Under the pieces are notes generated by a model. It saw only the letters and a program-made list of their open reading frames with translations. It was not told where the DNA came from and searched no databases. Position numbers and translations under genes: made by a program. A stretch of DNA of 19,423 nt from NCBI GenBank assembly GCA_054661495.1, contig BAAFSQ010000188.1, forward strand, positions 1-19,423. Direction: 5' to 3'. Below, in pieces: positions 1 through 10,630 of the stretch; the stretch's first letter is position 1; each line of letters begins with the position of its first letter. This stretch comes from Zygophlyctis sp. KS116. Its lineage: Eukaryota; Fungi; Chytridiomycota.

Positions 1-72
1 TGTGGATTTGGATGAAGCGTCGAGTTTTCTTGTGATGATCGATGGACCATGTGTGGATTTGAATGAAGCGTC
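1..72 (+). repeat. Direct repeat, 21 bp at a 51-bp period
   Basis: TGTGGATTTGGATGAAGCGTC (1-21) and TGTGGATTTGAATGAAGCGTC (52-72) match at 20 of 21 positions. It is truncated by the window edge. Confidence 0.85.
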
Positions 73-91
73 AGATTCAAACAATGATTAG
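2..91 (+). CDS. Possible 3' end of an upstream gene containing a 17-aa repeat (partial, unknown product)
   Basis: The frame is open from base 2 to TAG at 89-91 and reads VDLDEASSFLVMIDGPCVDLNEASDSNND*. VDLxEAS repeats at a 51-nt (in-frame) period. It converges on the EXS gene stop at 195. Confidence 0.35.
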   Translation: MDLDEASSFLVMIDGPCVDLNEASDSNND

Positions 92-194
92 ATAGAGTAG
101 TTGCTTACATGACATGACACTTGAACATTCAAATCAATTTATTCTTCTAATTATTTTGATTTAATGTATTATTGGCACCTATAGAAAATTCTTA

Positions 195-1411
195 TTATAT
201 TGCACCATATCCCCCAGTGATCCATTCTCTTTCAAACCTAAAAATCACCCATATACCCCTCCTAACAATCTCTAATATTCTTAATGTGAAATCCAAGAAT
301 GCAATACTAGATATATCTTGTGAGAGAGGATTCTGATTCAAAAATAGAGAAATCTTTAGAATCCAAAAAAGTCTAATTCCACCATTAAATATAATTGCAG
401 CAAGATAATAGAGTTTTTTAAACTTTAATGTTCGACCAAAATCTAAGAAATTATAATCTTTTTTCACATCATTATTGTTGAAAAGTCTCCAATCAACAAA
501 AATATCCCAATACAATGAATAGAGTGAATTAACAACTGATCCTAGGATCCTATAGTTTAAAAACTCCAATTGAAAAAAATACCATAATTTGACTGAAAGA
601 CTTAAATCAAAATTCGCTCTTTTTCTATTCCAGTTTATGTAAAATGTACTCCAAATAACAGGATATGAACTAGCATACTTTAATGCATTACCTAAATGTC
701 TTTTTCTTTCAAATGAATCTTTTGTAGAATTATATTCTGCTAGAACCTGTCTTAACCTAAATGTAAATGGTAATCTAGATTTTAAAAAAAAGTAGACTTA
801 CATAGTCAAAATTGGAACTAAAATTTCTAAATAGACCATATTATCCAGATTCTCTTGTAGTAATAAATCTGTAAAAATAATTTGTAAATCCCCAAAAACC
901 TTTGCAAACGATGTCTCGTATTTAGAATAGAAAAAGTTACTAATATATCAGCAAAAACCACGTCTGAGAAGGGAACAGGATCATATAAACCATCAAATGC
1001 TATCCTATATAAACTTTTTTTAAGTATAAGCCGTTCATTATAGTAAAGATTCTGCGATGGGAAAAATAAAATCCCAAGAAATGTGAAAATCATGATTAAC
1101 GGAATGATTTCAGCCCGTTCTTCGCCCACTTGTTGCTGTAATAGGAAAAACAAGAAATAAAACAATGATGTAATGATTGAGAAATTCAATAGGATGTCGA
1201 CAAGATTATTAATATTTACATTCAAGTTGAGCAATACAGTCGTTGAAATTCCAACATTGTTAAGTACAACTAGATCCAGGGTCCAAACCAATAGTCCAAA
1301 AAGAAGCATTAGCGGAAGGAGAAAATACGGTTGAATCGGATGGCCAAGTGAAATAATAAGAACCAATCCAGTGAGTATAATCGCAGTCATTACTTTTCTG
1401 GACATTTTCAT
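195..1411 (-). CDS. ERD1: EXS-family (ERD1-like) multi-pass membrane protein, spliced, no SPX domain
   Basis: Introns 915-940 (26 nt) and 775-801 (27 nt), plus a probable in-frame intron 550-582 (33 nt), join the two ORFs. This restores the EXS motifs VPFSDVVFADIL|TSFAKVFGDL, LPFTFRLRQ, HLGNALKY, NSLYSLYWD and LEIVRRGIWVIFRFEREW. Length is about 376-387 aa. The start is uncertain (ATG at 1465, 1411 or 1405). I prefer 1411 because 1412-1465 carries promoter-like GC motifs. Confidence 0.85.
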
Positions 1412-1421
1412 TCTTCCGCCG

Positions 1422-1559
1422 TTGGGCGGCCCTTGGATTGGACCTAGAAATATCAATTCATTCATCCGAGTATTGACTTTCGGACAGATTTATCTTTTTT
1501 AGTTTAACCGATATTCTCAACGCCAACACTGACTTTAGTAATTTCAGAATGCCGCCCAA
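1422..1559. promoter_or_regulatory. Putative bidirectional promoter between the EXS and 7TM genes
   Basis: An inverted pair TTGGGCGGC (1422-1430) and GCCGCCCAA (1551-1559) flanks a central TTTCGGACA (1478-1486). That 9-mer is shared with the other two divergent spacers. Confidence 0.5.
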
Positions 1560-1581
1560 ACTGCCGTAAGAATCAGTGAGA

Positions 1582-2495
1582 ATGTATCCAACTCCTCAAG
1601 TCTCATTGGTATTTTCATTTCTTAGCACTCTTTTTACTTCTATAACATTAGTTTGTGTGGCTACATGGCTTCCAATGAATAAGATTGGTTTAAGATGGAA
1701 ACTCATATTAAATTTGCTGATTTCAGAACTGTTGAATGCTTCTAATAATTCTATTTCTGGGATATATGGAGTTCTGAATGAATTGACTGATGGCCCAGGT
1801 AATTTACTATAAAGTAAAAGATAAGGATGTAAAGCTAATGGGTTTATCGGACAGTTGACTGTGCAAGCGGCAGATTTCAGTACTTTAGCAATAGCATTGG
1901 TTACATTTATAACACTTATCAATTCATCACCAGATTCAAATTCTAAATTAGAAGGTTTAACTGTAATCATTTCATCTATAATTTGGATCTTTCCTCTGTG
2001 TACTGCAATAGCTGGTTTCGCTTGGGTTGGATATTCCAAAGTATCACCCAATTGGTGTTGGTTAGCTGAAAACTCACTTGCTAGATATGTCTTGACTCAT
2101 GGACCTAGAATTTTTATATTCTCTACAATTATCATACTTTATGGAATAATCGCAGTAAAATTGATATCTGCAGCAAAGAAGACAAATAATGACCAATTTG
2201 AAACAGAAACATTGGAAAGAGGGAAGAAAAATTCTAAAAGGAAAATTTATCATGCAACTTTAAGACTTATGTCATTCCCAATAGTGTATATTATACTTTG
2301 GGCCCCAGGAATGATAAATAGATGTAAGCATTTTACAACTTAATTTTAGTATTTGAAGCAATATTACCTAAAGATGATCCGAAAAGACAATTAACAGTAT
2401 TTTTACAATCCTTCACCCAACTTCTTGGATTCGCTGATAGCATTTTAACCCTTTGGAATTTAAGAGTCATTCAACAGTCTGAAAACCAAGAGTGA
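1582..2495 (+). CDS. 7TM G-protein-coupled receptor-like protein (Git3/Gpr1 or cAMP-receptor-like), 286 aa
   Basis: Exons are 1582-1798, 1826-2323 and 2350-2495; introns are 1799-1825 (27 nt) and 2324-2349 (26 nt). It has seven hydrophobic segments and the motifs LILNLLISE, GCKANGFIGQ, YSKVSPNWCW, a basic third intracellular loop, RLMSFPIVYIILWAPGMINR and GFADSI. Confidence 0.8.
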
Positions 2496-2777
2496 TTTGT
2501 TTATTGTATAATCTAAAAATTCATCCGATACTCTAGAATTATTTTCTTTAATCTCTTAAGTTGAAGATCCTAAATGATGCCATTGAGATCTGCAAACCCA
2601 TCCCCTAGACCATCTAGCTCTATGTACTGATTGTTTTCGCAAGATATGTCCCCTGCAGAAATGTAAAATGTTTAATTTTATTGACTGAACATGATTGAAA
2701 GAAATGATTTCAAAACATGAGTATGATTGACTATATTTAAATGCCCAGGGTTGCGCTGAGCGCGTGTGAAAAATAAA

Positions 2778-5700
2778 ATGGAATTTACATACACCGTCGT
2801 CCAACAAGACCGTAAGCCATGTGTTCCTTACATTAGATGACAAAGACGCCCCTACACTCTCAGAATTTAAGACCCAGCTAGAAAAAGGAAACGATACTAG
2901 CAAAGTCGATACAATGAAGAGGATTCTAAAGACAATGTTAAACGGTGATCCAATGCGTAATAACTGTGTGCTCTAAAAGAAATAGCTGGTCTCCTTATGC
3001 ACGTTATTAGATTTATCATGCCATCTAAAAGTAAGCCACTCAAGAAATTATTATTGATTTATTGGGAGATTTGCCCAAAGTTGAATAATGATGGGAAACT
3101 TAAGCAGGAAATGGTTTTGGTCTGGTAAATTAAGGAGAATGGATAATTTTATAGTAATGCACTTCGTAATGACTTGCTTCATCCGAATGAATTTGTTAGG
3201 GGAAACACTCTACGGTTCCTCTGTAAATTAAAGGAAGCAGAATTACTTGAACCTTTGATTCCTTCAGTCAGAAATTGCTTGGAACATAAGCATCCATATG
3301 TGCGGAAACATGCGATTTTAGCGATTTACATAATCTTTAAGAATTTTGACTTTTTGTTGCCTGATGGACCAGATTTGGTTGAAGCGACTCTTGCAGGAGT
3401 AGGTTTCGGTTCGATTAATAGGAGTAGGAGACAGACTCTGCTGTTAGAAGAAATGCATTCGTCATGTTATTGAATATATCTCCTGAAAAAGCAATTTATT
3501 TTTTTCAGACTCAGGCAGAAGCGGTTCCAAAAATGGACTCTTTTATTCAATTGGCAATAATTGAATTAATTCAAAAAGATTGTCGAAATCCTACTGCTGA
3601 TAAGGTAATTCATAAATTTAAATTTCGTAAAGGCTAGGTACATTCAATGTATTTTCTCTCTTTTACACTCTACTTCCTCCAGTGTCAAATACGACGCAGC
3701 AAATACATTGGTTGCTCTCACTTCAAATACAACTGCTATTAAAGCTGCTGCAAAGTGTTATGTTGAGTTGATTATTAAGGAGTCAAACAATAATGTTAAA
3801 TTGATCGTTTTAGACAGACTTTCTGATTTAGAAAATAATAATAAGAGAGTACTGGATGACTTAATTATGGATGTTCTTCGTGTATTGGTCAGGTAATAGA
3901 TGAAAATTTCTTAAATAAAGTCCGGATATTGATGTTCGAAAGAAGGCTATCAAGATTGTCATGGACATTGTCTCCTCTCGGAATGTTAAAGAAGTTGTTG
4001 CATTTTTGAAAAAAGAATTGCTAAAGACACTAGAAAAGGAATATGAAAATGTAAGATTGTCTGCATGAACTGATTTTAGAATAATGATTACAGACAATTA
4101 TTAATCCAAGCTATTCATCATTGCGCGATAAACTTTGCTGAAGTAACCGATAGTGTTGTTTATGTTCTTCTTGATTTTATTAGTGACTCTAGTAGTACGT
4201 CTGCTGTCGATGTGATTGCATTTGTTAGGTAGATATTTCATTTAATCCAAAGGGAGGTGATGGAAAAGTTCCCAATGGTACGTGAAACTATGATTTCACG
4301 CTTGGTGGAAACCTTTTCGGAGATCAAGTCTGGAAGAGTATTTAGAGGAGTTCTTTGGATTATTGGTGAATTTGCCTTGAGTGAAAAAGGTATCTTAAAT
4401 ATCCCAACTAATAAAAGCTATTGAAGATTCTTTATCAAGAATAAGGGAAAGTATCGGGGAAATACCTATTGTAGAATCAGAAGAAAGGCTAAGAGATGGA
4501 TCTGCTGTAACAGACGGGGTAGTTTTTTCATCTTCTCCTACATCCCGCAAAGGCCCAAAGATACTAGCTGATGGAACTTATGCGACTGAATCTGCTTATG
4601 TTTCAACAAGTCCCACATCACCCACATTTGATCTGAACCGGAAATCCTCTATCAGAGGTATGTATATATATGGTTAATTTAATTAGGATTTATTTTGAAC
4701 GGGGACTTTTTCCTTGGTTCAGTCTTGGCGACTTGCTTGACAAAACTTGCGCTTCGTCATCAAGATGTTTCGAATAATATTGAAAGGAGCCATTCAATTA
4801 AATCAGAATCTATGCTGATTATGACAAGCATAATTCGTGCTGGAAAATCTCAGTTTGTAGTCTCCCAGATTGATGAGGACTCATTAGATAGAATTTTGCT
4901 GTGTCTACGTGTTTTATCTTCTCAAACTGAAGATGATACCTTGAAATCTGTTTTTTTGAAGAAATGCCGTAGCGCCTTTACTGTTTTAATGAACGAGCAA
5001 GACGTAATTTGAAACATGATTTAACTCTAAGAAGCAAAAAGACGCCTTGAAAAAAGAAAAATCTCTTCAGAGTGTTGTCAAGATTGATGATTCTGTCAAA
5101 TTTGGTATTTTGAAACCAAAAAAAGCATCTGCATCATCAGCCGCTGAGTATGATATGGATTTGAATCGTGCTACAGGGCTCGATGCACCAACTTTGGAAA
5201 CTGGATCTAAATTAAGTCATATTGTTCCTTTGACTGGTATTTGATGATTTCATAATGTTTAGGATATTCTGATACGATATACGTGGAAGCATATATAAAC
5301 GTCCATCAATATGATATTGTCATGGGTAATAATTTCTAGCTTTAATTCAAGATATTTTGATTGTAAATCAATCTAAAGAAACTCTTCAGAACCTCACGGT
5401 TGATTTTGCCACGATAGGAGATTTAAAGGTTGTTGAAAGACCAGTTCCACACACTCTTGGTCCGCATGATTATCACTCTTTAAAAGCAAATATCAAGGTT
5501 TCTTCCACTGAGACTGGTGTTGTATTTGGCTCAGTCACCTATGAAGGAAAATCGGCTTTAGATTTGAAAACCATTGTCTTGAATGAAGTCCGTGTAGATA
5601 TTTTAGACTACATTAAGCCTTCCACCTGTACAGAGACTCAATTCCGGGCAATGTGGACAGAATTTGAATGGGAAAACAAGATTAATGTTAATCTTAACAT

Positions 5701-5991
5701 GGCGTATTTTTATATATTCTAACTTTTAGGTCCTTAAGAGAATGCCTGGATCTATTAATGAAATCAAGTCATATGGGCTGTTTAACTCCTGAATCTGCCC
5801 TATCTGGAGATTGTGGATTTTTGGCAGCAAATCTTTGTGCAAAATCCCTGTTTGAAGAGGATGCTTTAGCCAATGTTTCCTTGGAGCAAGTCACTGAAAA
5901 CAAAATTAGCGGACATGTCCGAATTCGCTCAAAAACACAAGGTATAGCATTATCTCTTGGAGATAAGATTTCATTATGTCAAAAGATTTGA
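2778..5991 (+). CDS. SEC26: Coatomer (COPI) subunit beta, 942 aa, 15 exons
   Basis: Introns: 2812-2836, 2957-2985, 3125-3154, 3399-3427, 3605-3632, 3893-3920, 4051-4079, 4229-4252, 4390-4417, 4658-4686, 5004-5031, 5237-5262, 5326-5351 and 5704-5729. The spliced length of 2829 nt is divisible by 3. Motifs: [70 protein letters not shown] and [20 protein letters not shown]. Confidence 0.97.
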
Positions 5992-6033
5992 ATTTTAAAT
6001 GACAATAAAACTACCAAATGTTATTTTTAATAA

Positions 6034-6585
6034 TTATTTTTGATACCAAGTATCTGGGATTATATTTAGTCCTCTTCCAACGACACCCAGTAGAACCGAA
6101 GCAGAATACAACAGAACAGGAAGCCAACACGGTACTCCGTATATAAATGGCTGTTTAAAACTAAAAACCTCCAAAGAAACCAGATATATCACAAAGATAG
6201 ATCCAAAAACACCTACCGTTACTCCACAAAGTAGCCCATGCATTGATCTATCAAACAAAAACCAGATCCCAATCCCAAGAATCCCTAAAGAAAGAGAGAA
6301 TTGTGTATCAGAAAAAGAAGGAAGCCTGCAAACAGCGTAATTTACGCCAATAGTCCCAGCTGTACAACGTATAATATCAGAGACTGACCGTTTTCTCTTT
6401 TTCCTTTGAATCCAGTCAAGAGTTGGAATTAATGAACCCAACAGAATCCCAACAAATCCACATGTTACCGGAATCCAAGACTGTAGAATCTTTGGCCTTA
6501 GGTTACGTGCCTCTAGTTGCATGATGACTAGTAAGGATGACAGAAAATACCCATAAATGTAGAGAAATATCAGTTCAAGAAACAT
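6034..6585 (-). CDS. INSIG: Insulin-induced gene (INSIG/Nsg) family ER membrane protein, about 183 aa, intronless
   Basis: WIPVTCG..G.L.P.LD, SDIIRCTAGTIGVNYA, QFSLSLGILGIGIWFLFDRS and WLPVLLYSASVLLGVVGR align with the six-TM INSIG core. The start is placed at ATG 6585, because the ORF extension to 6744 overlaps LPD1. Confidence 0.9.
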   Translation of the reverse strand: MFLELIFLYIYGYFLSSLLVIMQLEARNLRPKILQSWIPVTCGFVGILLGSLIPTLDWIQRKKRKRSVSDIIRCTAGTIGVNYAVCRLPSFSDTQFSLSLGILGIGIWFLFDRSMHGLLCGVTVGVFGSIFVIYLVSLEVFSFKQPFIYGVPCWLPVLLYSASVLLGVVGRGLNIIPDTWYQK

Positions 6586-6656
6586 TTGACGGTCAAACTG
6601 GCAACCTTGTCCGAAACTTTGCAGTTGGCGCTCGATGGCCCTACTCTGATACTTAA
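6586..6656. promoter_or_regulatory. 71-bp bidirectional promoter (INSIG / LPD1)
   Basis: The ATGs are head-to-head. The spacer contains CCTTGTCCGAAACTTT (6605-6620) and TCTGATAC (6645-6652), both also present at 10561-10630. Confidence 0.65.
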
Positions 6657-8287
<1,631 letters not shown>

Positions 8288-8321
8288 CTGATATGTTGAA
8301 ATAAAATTAATTTTCCTATTA

Positions 8322-10560
8322 TTATTTTTGCAAAAGTGCGAGCGCCATATCTTCAAGCGTTTTCCTATCAGCCGTTGCCATATCTTTCTTGATTTTCTTG
8401 TATATTTTTTGATTATCGTCATTTGTTATACTGCGCTTTTTGGAATGATCCTCTGATTCAGCTTCAAATTTGGAACCTTCTGAAAAATTGTCAGAATTTT
8501 CTGATAAATCTTCGTCTTGTTCAGCTTGTTCTGGTGCATTTCCCAACACAACAGGAGTTGAACTATTTTCCTCTCGTAGTGATTGCTTTTCCTTTCGTTT
8601 TCGCTCTTTCTTCTTCTCCTTGAGCATCTGCTTTTGCAGTGTTTTATCAAAAGTATCAGCCTCAGCCATTTTCTTTGATGCTTCATTTAAATATTCTTTC
8701 TGGCGATCAGAAATATCGCGCGCTTGATTAAAGTCATTCAAAGACTCCAATCGATAGGCCAAAAGAGGCTGGAATTTAAATAACTAAAAAATACCTGCCC
8801 TTCTTCATCAAAAAAGAATTTCTTTCCCAGTCCTCGCTGCTTTACTTCCTTTTCTTTTTCCTTCAAGATTTGTCGATGTGGAATAGCGGCATCAGGTGCT
8901 TTGTCTTTCTAAGTTATGAGAACCAAATTATAAAAACTTACAATCAGACTATCATCAATATCATGATCTTTACGCTTCATAGTCATAAATTCATCTTCAG
9001 ATTCTCCTGATTCTGAACTTTCTTGATTTTTCAATTTTGCATAGTGTTCTGATAAAACTGTCAAATTTTTCTTCCTGAACATTTTGTCTATTTTAGTAAT
9101 TATCTGTGTTTTCTGATTTTCTTTAGATGACTCTTCATCACTTATATCATCATCGTTTTCTACTAACCGTGGTTGATTTTTAGATTTAGATTTCTAAAAT
9201 TAATGTAATTATATACCTTGACAAAAGAAATTTTTGGTGCTCCATGTAAGCCTAACGATTCCGCAAACTCTTCTGCTGGTAATGCATGAACATCGAATAC
9301 GAATTTATTCCCGTGGAGAAAGATTGATCGCATGTAAGAGATAAAAGATTTCTGTGCCAGATACTTTATTTCTGGGCTCTGAGAGCAGAAACCTTGCAGA
9401 TTTTGGACAATACTGACCGTCTTTTGAGGATTAACTTTGATTTTTTCGATTGGAATTTTTTTCTTTTCAAATTCTTGTAGCATTCCTTTTTCTTCTGACG
9501 GAAGCAGTAATAAAAGAGCGTTACCAGATGATTCATAACGCGCAGTTCTGCCTACTCTATGAATATACGTATCTCCATCTTCTGGGCAATCCAACTGAAA
9601 AACCCAATCAACAGCAGGAAAATCCAACCCCCTAGCAGCGATATCTGTAGCAAAAAGACAAGCACCTTGTTTTCTACAAAACTGATCAAATATAGCACTT
9701 CTCTTTCCTTGTTTTTGCTTTCCAAACAAACACATCAAAGGAATCCCAGGCTGTAACTTGCAAAATGTTTCATAAATGAATCGCACTTGCTTACAGCTAG
9801 AAATAAACACAATAATTTTGGATTTTGTATGAGTCTTTATAAAAGAATACAATACATTTAGCTTATCTGGTAGATTAACAATGACATATTTCTGAGTTAG
9901 TTTTTGAGGAGTACAACTTTGACTAGATTCATGAACTGCAACATATTCAGCATCTACCAAACTTAATCTAGCCAAATCCTTAATCTTTTTTGTCTGAGTT
10001 GCAGAAAATAATAGAGTTTGTCTTTCTTTTGGTAAATTTTCAATTATAGCATTTAAACTTGCTTCAAACCCATTATCTAAACACTTATCTGCTTCATCCA
10101 AGACCAATAATTGCAACTGATCACAAGTAAATTCAGGTGTCTGATCCATATGTTGAAGCAATCTCCCAGGAGTACATACTAGTATATTCATAGAATTAAC
10201 CATACTAGATTCTGTCTTGAAGTCTTTCCCTCCAATCAGTAGCCCAGCAGAAAAAGAATGAAACTTCCCAATTTGTACCAAAACTTTATAAATCTGCAAT
10301 GCTAATTCTCTAGTTGGAGAGATGATCAGAACTCCTAATCCATCTAATCTAGTCCAATTGCACTTATTCAAGACTTCCAATGCAGGAATTAAGAAACATA
10401 ATGTCTTCCCAGACCCAGTTTTTGCAGCTCCCAACAAATCTTTTCCAGATAAAGACAATGCAAGAGAAGATTTTTGAATTTCAGTCATGCATTCATACCC
10501 AGCCTTGATTAAGCCATTCTTTGTCTTTTTAGAGATATCAAGTTGAGAGAAATCGCTCAT
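8322..10560 (-). CDS. DBP4: DEAD-box RNA helicase DBP4/HCA4 (DDX10), 718 aa, 4 exons
   Basis: Introns: 9194-9216 (23 nt), 8909-8941 (33 nt) and 8769-8794 (26 nt). Motifs: GAAKTGSGKT, SPTRELA, HSFSAGLLIGGKD, TPGRLLQHMDQT, DEAD, SATQT, ARGLDFPAVDWV, YIHRVGRTARY, TKIDKMFRKKN, FDEEG and terminal LEDMALALL. Confidence 0.95.
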
Positions 10561-10630
10561 TTCTTAAAGTTTCGGACAAGGCCGAGGATAGTCAAATTTG
10601 GTCTTTTGCCACAAACAATTCTGATACAAT
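10561..10630. promoter_or_regulatory. 70-bp bidirectional promoter (DBP4 / LTN1)
   Basis: The ATGs are head-to-head. AAAGTTTCGGACAAGG (10566-10581) is the exact reverse complement of 6605-6620. TCTGATAC is at 10620-10627. Confidence 0.65.

Noticed and set aside
1-72. CRISPR-like repeat-spacer-repeat
   Set aside because: There are only two imperfect copies, the context is eukaryotic, there are no cas genes and the period is a multiple of three.
1549-1569. ATG 1549 (MPPKLP*) as first exon of the 7TM gene using the GTAAG at 1566
   Set aside because: The AGs at 1576 and 1580 are too close, and the AG at 1600 leads to a stop. It is at most a uORF overlapping the GC box.
5911-5923. Partial promoter-motif matches in coding sequence (TGTCCGAA at 5916, TCGGACAG at 1847-1854, CTTGTCC at 16840)
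   Set aside because: These are short matches inside codon-constrained exons and are treated as background.
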